NCBI GenBank assembly: GCA_045629205.1
Contig: JAZQQT010000187.1
Coordinates: 1 to 50,999, forward strand
DNA length: 50,999 nt
Source: Eubacteriales bacterium
GTDB lineage: Bacteria > Bacillota > Clostridia > Oscillospirales > UBA644
Direction: 5' to 3'
The notes beneath the pieces were generated by a model. The model saw nothing but the letters and a program-made list of their open reading frames with translations. It made no database searches and had not been told where the DNA came from. The number at the start of each line of letters is the position of its first letter. Position 1 is the first letter of the stretch. Of this stretch, positions 1 to 7,396 are shown piece by piece. Made by a program: the position numbers and the translations under genes.

Positions 1-1
1 C

Positions 2-73
2 AACGATTACGTTCAGATACAGATATCAAGTGCAGAGCAGACAATCGAAAGACTTAAAACAAACGAAAACTGA
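2..73 (+). CDS. 3' end of an unidentified CDS truncated by the window edge
   Basis: Frame is open from the window edge to TGA at 71-73 (...NDYVQIQISSAEQTIERLKTNEN*). Only 23 codons are visible, so no family can be assigned. It is not recognisably a GAPDH C-terminus despite the pgk-tpiA context. Confidence 0.25.
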   Translation, partial: NDYVQIQISSAEQTIERLKTNEN

Positions 74-260
74 CCTCCGTCCGGCCGTCTGTTTTAAGAA
101 TCTATTTTTATTTTTAACAAAAAATAAAATATTTTTAAAAAAAATCAATCTGTCTTGATTTTTTCACTTGGCGGTTATATTATGTTATCGTATAAAAATC
201 ATCAAAAGTTCGGTAATACGGCGATTACCGAAAATAAAATCAGCCGGGAATGGTAATTAA

Positions 261-1454
261 ATGAACTACAACAAAAAGACAATCGAAGACATCGAAGTTG
301 CAGGCAAAAAAGTCCTCGTAAGATGCGACTTCAACGTTCCCCTCGACAAAGAGCTCAATATCACTGACGAAACCCGTATCAACGGCGCTCTGCCCACAAT
401 CAAATACCTTGCAGATAACGGCGCAAAGGTTATTCTCTGCTCACATCTCGGCAGACCGAAGAACGGACCCGAAGAAAAATTCTCTCTTAAACCCGTTGCC
501 GCACGCCTTTCCGAGAAACTCGGCAAGCCCGTTGCAATGGCAAAAGACGTTATAGGAGAAGACGCGCAGGCAAAAGTTGACGCGCTCAAAAACGGCGACG
601 TTATGCTTCTCGAAAACGTTCGTTTCCACAAAGAAGAAGAAAAGAACGATCCCGAATTCGCAAAGAAGCTCGCTTCTTTCGCAGAAATTTACGTTAACGA
701 CGCTTTCGGAACGGCTCACAGAGCGCACGCTTCCACAGAAGGCGTTTCCCATTACCTCAGCCCCAGCGTTTGCGGATATCTTATCAAAAAAGAAATTTCC
801 ATCATGGGCGAAGCTCTTGAAAATCCCCAGAGACCTTTCGTTGCCATTCTCGGCGGCGCAAAAGTATCGGACAAAATCGGCGTTATAAACAACCTTCTCG
901 ATAAAGTCGACACACTTATCGTAGGCGGAGGAATGGCATACACATTCTTCAAAGCGCTCGGCAGCGAAATCGGAACTTCACTCTGTGAAGATGACAAGCT
1001 TGAAGTTGCAAAAGAGATCCTCGCAAAAGCAAAAGAAAAGAAAGTCAACTTCCTTCTTCCCGTAGATAACGTTATCGGCAAAGAATACAAAGAAGACACG
1101 CCGTTCATGACCATTTATTCCGATTCTATCCCCGACGGATGGATGGGTCTTGACATAGGAAAGAAAACACAGGAACTTTTCTACAAATCCATTATAGGCG
1201 CAAAAACAGTTGTCTGGAACGGACCTATGGGCGTTTCGGAATGGGAAAATTTTGCAGCGGGAACAACAGCAGTCGCACAGGCAGTTGCAGATTCCGGCGC
1301 TATTTCGATCATCGGCGGCGGAGACTCCGCAGCTGCAGTTGAAAAGCTCGGCTTCGGAGACAAAATGACCCACATCTCAACAGGCGGAGGCGCTTCCCTC
1401 GAATTCCTCCAAGGACTCGAACTTCCCGGCATCGCTTGTCTCGACAACAAATAA
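261..1454 (+). CDS. pgk: phosphoglycerate kinase
   Basis: 397-aa ORF with PGK hallmarks: [43 protein letters not shown]. Followed by tpiA. Confidence 0.97.
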   Translation: MNYNKKTIEDIEVAGKKVLVRCDFNVPLDKELNITDETRINGALPTIKYLADNGAKVILCSHLGRPKNGPEEKFSLKPVAARLSEKLGKPVAMAKDVIGEDAQAKVDALKNGDVMLLENVRFHKEEEKNDPEFAKKLASFAEIYVNDAFGTAHRAHASTEGVSHYLSPSVCGYLIKKEISIMGEALENPQRPFVAILGGAKVSDKIGVINNLLDKVDTLIVGGGMAYTFFKALGSEIGTSLCEDDKLEVAKEILAKAKEKKVNFLLPVDNVIGKEYKEDTPFMTIYSDSIPDGWMGLDIGKKTQELFYKSIIGAKTVVWNGPMGVSEWENFAAGTTAVAQAVADSGAISIIGGGDSAAAVEKLGFGDKMTHISTGGGASLEFLQGLELPGIACLDNK

Positions 1455-1471
1455 TCAAAATAAACATTATT

Positions 1472-1501
1472 TTCGGCGTGGAGATAATTCTTCACGCCGA
1501 A
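1472..1501 (+). other. intercistronic stem-loop between pgk and tpiA
   Basis: 9-bp inverted repeat ttcggcgtg / cacgccgaa (1472-1480 / 1493-1501) with no U-tract after it. Likely an mRNA processing or stability hairpin rather than a terminator. Confidence 0.45.
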
Positions 1502-1523
1502 TCCATAAAGAAAGGCACACACA

Positions 1524-2291
1524 ATGGATAAAGAAAAAAGAAGAGCCGTTATAGCCGGCAACTGGAAAATGAACAAAACACCCTCCGAAGCAGGCGCATT
1601 CATCAAAGAACTGCTTCCCCTTATAAAAGACGCAGAATGCGAAGTTGTCGCATGCGTTCCTTTCACATCGCTTCCCGTCGCCGTTGAAGCGGCAAAAGGC
1701 TCCAACCTCAAAATCGGCGCGCAGAATCTCCATTTTGAAAAATCGGGCGCTTTTACCGGAGAAATCTCGGCAGATATGCTTGTTGACCTCGGTGTTGAAT
1801 ACGTAATCATCGGTCACAGCGAAAGAAGACAGTATTTCAATGAAACAGACGTTACGGTCAACAAAAAAATGCACGCTGCTCTTAACGCTGGATTAAAGCC
1901 CATTCTCTGCGTAGGCGAATACCTCGAACAGAGAGAGCAGGACATTACCGCAGAAGTTGTTTCTTTGCAGACAAAAATCGCCTTTAAGGATATTTCCGCC
2001 GAAGAAGCGAAGAAAGTCATTATCGCATACGAACCCGTCTGGGCAATCGGAACGGGCAAAACCGCGACCGCGGAGCAGGCAGACGAGGTTTGCTGCATTA
2101 TCAGAAGCGTTCTTATTGAGCTTTACGGCATTGATGTCGCAATGGGAATGACCATTCAATACGGCGGTTCCATGAATGCCAAAAACGCTCAGGAACTTCT
2201 TTCGATGTATAACATCGACGGCGGTCTTATCGGCGGCGCTTCCCTCAAATCGGCAGATTTCACAATAATCACCGAAGCAACGAAGCAGTAA
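1524..2291 (+). CDS. tpiA: triosephosphate isomerase
   Basis: 255-aa ORF with [28 protein letters not shown] and GGLIGGASL motifs. Confidence 0.97.
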   Translation: MDKEKRRAVIAGNWKMNKTPSEAGAFIKELLPLIKDAECEVVACVPFTSLPVAVEAAKGSNLKIGAQNLHFEKSGAFTGEISADMLVDLGVEYVIIGHSERRQYFNETDVTVNKKMHAALNAGLKPILCVGEYLEQREQDITAEVVSLQTKIAFKDISAEEAKKVIIAYEPVWAIGTGKTATAEQADEVCCIIRSVLIELYGIDVAMGMTIQYGGSMNAKNAQELLSMYNIDGGLIGGASLKSADFTIITEATKQ

Positions 2292-2306
2292 CTTATATAC
2301 GAATTT

Positions 2307-2336
2307 AACGCCCGGATAATCGGGCGTTATTTTTTA
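2307..2336 (+). terminator. rho-independent terminator after tpiA
   Basis: aacgcccg-gataat-cgggcgtt hairpin followed by atttttt. Confidence 0.8.
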
Positions 2337-2435
2337 ACTTTATTTTGAACTCTCGCCGCTTTCACCGTTTTCGCCGAAAAAGGACGGAAAGTGTGGTATA
2401 ATATATATATATTAAATATTGAAAAGGACAAACAT

Positions 2436-2906
2436 ATGAAAAATATTATTGCACCTGCGCTTATCCTTATTCTTATTCTGTCGGCGGCAGGCTGCGGAAT
2501 GTCTAAAAAGCTGACCGACGAACAAAAGGCTCTAAAAGGACAATATCCAGAATACTTCGACATAAATCCATCCGGAGGTCTCGATGTTATAGTGTGGCAG
2601 ATGGCGGAAAAATCTTATTCCTTTGCGCTGCTGAAACATTCATCGAAAGAAAGAAACCGCTTCTCCGATGAGTTCCTGAATCTTAAAGGCGTAAACGCGG
2701 AAGATATGAAGACGATTTTATCGGCATATAACATAGATAAAAATAACATTCACGTTATTCCGTGGCAAAATCCCTTCTCAAGTTATCTCCCGGATTACTG
2801 CATCAGGCTCGAGAACGATACGGACGAGACAATGGAACAACATTATCTGGATTATATCGACAGAATAGAAGAAATGCTCGGTATATCCAAATTTCCGACA
2901 CAATAA
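2436..2906 (+). CDS. hypothetical lipoprotein
   Basis: ATG at 2436 preceded by AAAGGA. N-terminus MKNIIAPALILILILSAAGC has a lipobox-like LSAAGC. No recognisable family. Confidence 0.7.
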   Translation: MKNIIAPALILILILSAAGCGMSKKLTDEQKALKGQYPEYFDINPSGGLDVIVWQMAEKSYSFALLKHSSKERNRFSDEFLNLKGVNAEDMKTILSAYNIDKNNIHVIPWQNPFSSYLPDYCIRLENDTDETMEQHYLDYIDRIEEMLGISKFPTQ

Positions 2907-2930
2907 AAAACTCCCATACAGGCAAAAATA

Positions 2931-2978
2931 AAGGACAAGGTAATCCACCCGGGCAATTATATACCTTGTCCTTTTTTA
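2931..2978 (+). terminator. rho-independent (possibly bidirectional) terminator
   Basis: aaggacaagg ... ccttgtcctt 10-bp stem followed by a T-run, with an A-run upstream. Lies between convergent genes. Confidence 0.6.
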
Positions 2979-3012
2979 TATCCTATATTCTCAAAAGCAA
3001 ACGAAAAGGGAC

Positions 3013-3468
3013 TCAATTCTCGCGTTTGCTTTCTTCTTTTTTTATTATTGCTCTTCCGATCGCTCCGAGAATAAACGGAACGATCCCGATAACAAATAAT
3101 ACGATAAGCAATGAGAAATAATGCGACGAAAAAATCATATGACTTATATCCATATACGATTCATCATATAAACTCATATCAAAGAACAACAACAAATAAT
3201 ATATCCAGCCGAAAAGTATCTGCAGAACGAAATGCACCGTATGAAATCTGATTTTATACAGCCATAAAACCGTCAGCACGGTATCGGCAATAATAACAAA
3301 AATGAGAATCGACAGCGACAGATAATCCGAAGTTATGACTTCATACTGTTTATCAAATAAGCTGTAACCTCTCATTATCAAAACAGAAATCATCATATTA
3401 ATAACAAGCCTGATAATGATGCCGACATTTATACAACGTTTCGCGCCGAGTATTTTTTTATTCATCAT
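3013..3468 (-). CDS. hypothetical small integral membrane protein (about 4 TM)
   Basis: 151-aa hydrophobic ORF. Overlaps the stop of the upstream PstS-like gene by 11 nt, suggesting translational coupling. Confidence 0.6.
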   Translation of the reverse strand: MMNKKILGAKRCINVGIIIRLVINMMISVLIMRGYSLFDKQYEVITSDYLSLSILIFVIIADTVLTVLWLYKIRFHTVHFVLQILFGWIYYLLLFFDMSLYDESYMDISHMIFSSHYFSLLIVLFVIGIVPFILGAIGRAIIKKEESKREN

Positions 3469-4522
3469 AAGACAGCTCCCTTATCGGACAGTATCCCGCA
3501 AGAGCGATGATTTGCTGTCCTTCGTCCGTAAGCATATAATCACGCAGTTTTCTGTAAACGCTGTCCTCCGGCTCGTCGCCGCGTATCACGGCGTAATACC
3601 CCGTTGTAAACGGATACGTTCCTTTCATGAAATTATTGTTGTCGGGAGAAATACCGTTGACCTTCAGAACTTTTATATTCGGATTTGTATACAGATTGTT
3701 GATGTAATAATAATATGTATATCCGATTGCCGACGGAAGATTTTCATATTCCGCCACCATTTCCACCAATTCGCCCATAAAAGACGGAATCAATGTAACC
3801 GGAGCTTCCTGCATGGGTTCACCCTGCATGACCAATTCTTCCATGGCTGTCTGACTGCCGGAATTTTTTGAACGCTGAAACGCCCTTATTTCCTCATCCC
3901 TGCCTCCGACCTGTTTCCAGTTGGTGATTTTTCCAGTGTATATATCCCGGATCTGTTCAACCGTCAGACTGTCTACCGGATTATTCTTGTTTGTGATAAA
4001 AACGAAACCGTCCAACGCGACCTGTTCAACTTCAAGGGTGACGTTGTTTTTCCGTGCCGTTTCGTATTCGTCCACAGACGGCGGAGTGGCAAACACAAGT
4101 CCTACCCTTTCAAAATAATTTATGCCTGTCGAAGGAATGTAACTATGCGCGCCGTAAATAAGTCTTTCATAAGCCACGTCGGTCTTGTAATGATGAACTA
4201 AATTTTTGACGGAATTTATTACTTCATATCCACCGTCCTTCGCGTCACAAAACTGTCGTGCGAGCTCTGCCGTTATCGGAATAGTTGCCGTAGAACCGTC
4301 TATTCCTTCAAAATCCTTTGATGAAAGCAGATTTACCGAAGCGATTTTGTGCCAGTTTTCCGGACGGACAAGCATAACGTTGATGTCGGCCGTTTGGTCG
4401 GGTTGTTTACCAACTCCTTTATTTTTTGCCGATATGATCTCGGCTGCCGTTATACCGCAGAAAACAAGTATTGTCATACATAACAGCGCAATAATTATCT
4501 TTGAAACGCTTTTTTTCTTCAT
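3458..4522 (-). CDS. PstS-like (PBP_like_2) periplasmic-binding-fold protein, membrane anchored
   Basis: N-terminal TM/signal anchor. PstS-family-like motifs: GSTATIPIT, RSKNSGSQTAMEELV, PSAIGYTYYYY. No ABC permease or ATPase gene is adjacent. Confidence 0.7.
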   Translation of the reverse strand: MKKKSVSKIIIALLCMTILVFCGITAAEIISAKNKGVGKQPDQTADINVMLVRPENWHKIASVNLLSSKDFEGIDGSTATIPITAELARQFCDAKDGGYEVINSVKNLVHHYKTDVAYERLIYGAHSYIPSTGINYFERVGLVFATPPSVDEYETARKNNVTLEVEQVALDGFVFITNKNNPVDSLTVEQIRDIYTGKITNWKQVGGRDEEIRAFQRSKNSGSQTAMEELVMQGEPMQEAPVTLIPSFMGELVEMVAEYENLPSAIGYTYYYYINNLYTNPNIKVLKVNGISPDNNNFMKGTYPFTTGYYAVIRGDEPEDSVYRKLRDYMLTDEGQQIIALAGYCPIRELSYDE

Positions 4523-4589
4523 TATTTTTCTCCTTTTAATTTTTGTTGAAAAATATTACAGATGACTCTCACAAAAAATCGAACATACG

Positions 4590-5495
4590 CTAAGCATTGT
4601 CAATGTCAAAGCATATATTTATATTTTCGTTCCGGACTGATTGATATATTGCAGAATCAGGGTTCTTTATTCCTGTCGGCTTTTTGTTTTGTTTTATTAA
4701 AGGTAATATCCATATTATTATCGCAATCAAAACCGCCGAATATGAAATCAAAACCGGGATCTTCTTTGTTCTTGCATTTTTCTCGGTAACGGTTTCAACA
4801 CAAGGACCTATATATTCGCATTCGGGACATTTGAGACTCCGGGTTATATGTGAATGTCTTGTGCGGATATAGTTAATAAAAGTCGGTTTGAAAGTATGAC
4901 CGCATTCAGGACAGGTATATACTATTTTATTATAACAATACAGGGCAAAAAATATTATTCCCGAAACGGCAAGAGGGATATATACCGCCGCTAAAGGCCA
5001 CCATATTCCGGTTTTGATCCAATAGACGATGAATGTAGGTAACGCAACAATAAAGGCAATTGCCGTTCGGGCAGCCGGAATACGTAATTCTTCGATCTGC
5101 TCTTTTATTTTCATCTTTTTCACTGTATCTCCGAGTTTGCATATCGGAATATCATATTTCCCGAGATACTGTTTCAGTTCAGTGATTTTTTCAAGCTTTT
5201 TATTGCATATATCTATTTCGTTTCTGATTTCCGCTTCTGTCTGATTAACAAATATATCTATGATTTTTGCCGAATTGTTTTCTTCAAACAGTCTGACTAT
5301 ATCTTTTACGGACATTCCGATTTCACGCAAATAACAAACAGTTTTGAGCTTTTCGATATCGTCATCGGTATATACTCTTTTCTGTCCGCTTCCTGTTTTC
5401 TTTGCATTAAGCAGTCCGCAGTTATCGTAATACTGCACTGTTCTGACGGTAACGCTGCAGATTTTTGCAGCTTCTCCGGTTGAATATTCAGCCAC
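4590..5495 (-). CDS. MerR-family transcriptional regulator fused to 3 TM helices and a CxxC...CxxC zinc ribbon
   Basis: GTG start at 5495 after GGGGGA. N-terminus YSTGEAAKICSVTVRTVQYYDNCGLL is a MerR HTH, followed by a coiled-coil region. Then two hydrophobic helices, CPECGHTF...CPECEY, and a third helix. Ends in TAG. Confidence 0.8.
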   Translation of the reverse strand: MAEYSTGEAAKICSVTVRTVQYYDNCGLLNAKKTGSGQKRVYTDDDIEKLKTVCYLREIGMSVKDIVRLFEENNSAKIIDIFVNQTEAEIRNEIDICNKKLEKITELKQYLGKYDIPICKLGDTVKKMKIKEQIEELRIPAARTAIAFIVALPTFIVYWIKTGIWWPLAAVYIPLAVSGIIFFALYCYNKIVYTCPECGHTFKPTFINYIRTRHSHITRSLKCPECEYIGPCVETVTEKNARTKKIPVLISYSAVLIAIIIWILPLIKQNKKPTGIKNPDSAIYQSVRNENINICFDIDNA

Positions 5496-5587
5496 TTTTT
5501 TATTTCCCCCATCCTGCGATGTTTTTTCAGCTTCGGAATCTTCCGCTTTATCTGCTTGAAGTGTGCTTTTTTAACATATCCGCCGTC

Positions 5588-5618
5588 ATTATATCACATG
5601 ACATTACATTACTGTCAA
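5588..5618 (-). promoter_or_regulatory. sigma-A-type promoter with 19-nt spacer (MerR-type architecture)
   Basis: Minus strand reads TTGACA-gtaatgtaatgtcatgtga-TATAAT. The spacer is 19 nt and contains the dyad TGACA-N9-TGTCA. About 85 nt upstream of the MerR start. Confidence 0.6.
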
Positions 5619-5622
5619 TACG

Positions 5623-5635
5623 TGACGTTACGTCA
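5623..5635. promoter_or_regulatory. perfect 6-1-6 palindrome tgacgt-t-acgtca just upstream of the -35
   Basis: Read directly from the sequence. Candidate additional regulator-binding site. Confidence 0.35.
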
Positions 5636-5685
5636 TCTAAACGGAATTCATAAAAAGTTAAAAAACATCATACGGCTTTTGCAGA

Positions 5686-5735
5686 TAAAAAATCACTCAC
5701 GACCTGATAACTAAGTCGTGAGTGATAATTTTTTC
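5686..5735 (-). terminator. rho-independent terminator (bidirectional shape) after the 166-aa secreted-protein gene
   Basis: 12-bp stem atcactcacgac / gtcgtgagtgat (5692-5703 / 5715-5726), flanked by A- and T-runs. Confidence 0.8.
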
Positions 5736-5741
5736 TAAAAC

Positions 5742-6242
5742 TTATGATAAATTGCCGTAAGTATCGCAGGTAAGGCTTATATCTATGTTATTTGTTTCTA
5801 ACACGATCAAACCAAGAAGTTTCCTTTCAAATTTTCCGTATCCGTGAGCAACATTGCCTGAAATGGATGTTGAGCCATCACTGAAAGACCAAATAGATGA
5901 ATTGTTCTCAACCGAGTAAGTAGCATTTGTGCATGTTGAACTTACTCCGGGAATATATGAGAATGTTGCGGTCAAACCATATCGCCAGACAAGGTTTCCG
6001 TTTGAATCTTGACGAGTTACATATTTGGTTCCATCTTTTATTCCGGATGCTTTTGTTGAATTCTTTGTAACTAAAACTATAGAAATACATCCGCCATCGT
6101 CTGTTTTGATGGTTTTTATCTCATTACAATCGAAAACGCAATCTGTTGCAGTGATTTTGGACGAGGCAAATGATGTTGAAGCAAAACAAATAGTTGATAA
6201 AACAAAAACCAAAATAAAAATTAATGTTTTTTTCATGTTCAT
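5742..6242 (-). CDS. hypothetical secreted protein
   Basis: 166-aa ORF with signal peptide MNMKKTLIFILVFVLSTICFASTSFASS. Several Cys residues. No recognisable family. Confidence 0.6.
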   Translation of the reverse strand: MNMKKTLIFILVFVLSTICFASTSFASSKITATDCVFDCNEIKTIKTDDGGCISIVLVTKNSTKASGIKDGTKYVTRQDSNGNLVWRYGLTATFSYIPGVSSTCTNATYSVENNSSIWSFSDGSTSISGNVAHGYGKFERKLLGLIVLETNNIDISLTCDTYGNLS

Positions 6243-6259
6243 TTTCTCCTTTTTAGTTA

Positions 6260-6622
6260 TTAATCGGTAATTGTGATGTTAATAGTATTGAAAAGACTTT
6301 CAATATGTGGATACAAAATAATCGCAACAACAATAAAAAGAATAATTAAACCAAGCAATATAATTTTTACTCTCCGAGATTTTTTTACTTTTTTTATTAA
6401 CTCTGTATAATCATTATTTCTGATAAATTCTTTTGCAACAACCTCAGGATAACCGAAAGCTTCACAAAGAGAAATATAACTGACGTCTGAATGATTATTA
6501 ATATATTCATCAATATCGTTTGAAATATCCGAAATAAATGTTTTTTTATTTTTTCCTATTTCTCGAAGACCTTTTTTCAACACATTAATATATTGTTTTT
6601 TGCAGGCAAGAATATTGTTCAT
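6260..6622 (-). CDS. PadR-associated membrane-anchored protein (DUF1700-like)
   Basis: 120-aa ORF. The N-terminal soluble part resembles the DUF1700 pattern (KKGLREIGKNKKTFISDISNDIDEYI...AFGYPEVVAKEF), followed by a single C-terminal TM. Lies immediately downstream of the PadR gene. Confidence 0.5.
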   Translation of the reverse strand: MNNILACKKQYINVLKKGLREIGKNKKTFISDISNDIDEYINNHSDVSYISLCEAFGYPEVVAKEFIRNNDYTELIKKVKKSRRVKIILLGLIILFIVVAIILYPHIESLFNTINITITD

Positions 6623-6694
6623 ATATGCAGAACTAATTCACGAATGAGTGATATCCTTTCTTTTTTATTTGGGATGAAATTTTAATTTTCCAAA

Positions 6695-7195
6695 TTAAGG
6701 TTTATCTGTTTTTTTTATATCAAAATCTGTATAATTGAGATATTCCGAAATAATTGTATCGGTAACATTAAACAAAGTATAAAACCTATCAATGCAACAA
6801 GCAAGATATTCCTTGCCCAAGTCTTCCAGATGATAATATTTACGAAACCTTTTTTCTCCAACCAATTCCTGCCGACAAGAGATAAGTCCTCTTTCCAACA
6901 TTTTATAAATTGGTCCGTACATTGATCCGTCTTTAATGTTGAACTCACCATTGCTGCGGCTTTGGATTTCTTGTTTTATGTCGTATGCATACATGTCTTT
7001 TTTGACTAGCATTGATAAAATCAACAGCTCAATCATTCCGTAACGGAAACTCTCATCAATTACGTTTGCCCAATTATCAGGCAACTTGCTTTTACACTTG
7101 TTATCCATATCAGAATTACTAATTACCTTTCTAAGTATAATCATATCAAAAAAATATATTTTGTCAATACTAAAACGAAAATAGTATATTGACAA
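6695..7195 (-). CDS. PadR-family transcriptional regulator
   Basis: Winged-helix PadR core: MIELLILSMLVKKDMYAYDIKQEI...GSMYGPIYKMLERGLI...KYYHLEDLGKEYL. The true start is probably internal (ATG at 7144 or 7108). Confidence 0.8.
   Translation of the reverse strand: MSIYYFRFSIDKIYFFDMIILRKVISNSDMDNKCKSKLPDNWANVIDESFRYGMIELLILSMLVKKDMYAYDIKQEIQSRSNGEFNIKDGSMYGPIYKMLERGLISCRQELVGEKRFRKYYHLEDLGKEYLACCIDRFYTLFNVTDTIISEYLNYTDFDIKKTDKP
7161..7195. promoter_or_regulatory. imperfect inverted repeat spanning both -35 boxes of the divergent promoters (candidate PadR operator)
   Basis: ttgtcaatacta (7161-7172) versus the reverse complement of tagtatattgacaa (7182-7195). The arms match apart from a 2-nt indel. 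Confidence 0.45.
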
Positions 7196-7217
7196 ACATA
7201 GTATCAGGTGATATTAT
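7189..7217 (+). promoter_or_regulatory. sigma-A-type promoter for the large secreted-protein gene
   Basis: TTGACA - 17 nt - TATTAT with a TGn extended -10 (ggTGaTATTAT). A second TATAAT sits inside the conserved 5' UTR near 7305. Confidence 0.5.
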
Positions 7218-7246
7218 AAATTATAGTAAAATGACGAAATGAATTT

Positions 7247-7396
7247 CCATTCATATTACACAAGGTTTTTTGCAGTAATACCATCAAATTACAAAATTTA
7301 TAATTATGACATAAACGGAGGTAAAAAAATGAAACGTAAAGCATTATCACTTGCTATGGCACTGTGTCTTGTTTTTTCGTTATTTAGCTGGTGTTG
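7247..7396 (+). repeat. copy 1 of a ~150-bp repeat (5' UTR + RBS + signal-peptide codons)
   Basis: Aligns by eye with 10921-11070 at offset 3674. The UTR core is nearly identical and the signal-peptide codons are about 90% identical. Confidence 0.85.

Noticed and set aside
208-233. Hairpin ttcggtaat-acggcg-attaccgaa in the pgk 5' region as a terminator or riboswitch.
   Set aside because: No U-tract follows it on the + strand, and there is no gene on the minus strand for it to terminate. It is probably a simple 5' UTR stabilising hairpin, and the evidence is too thin to call.
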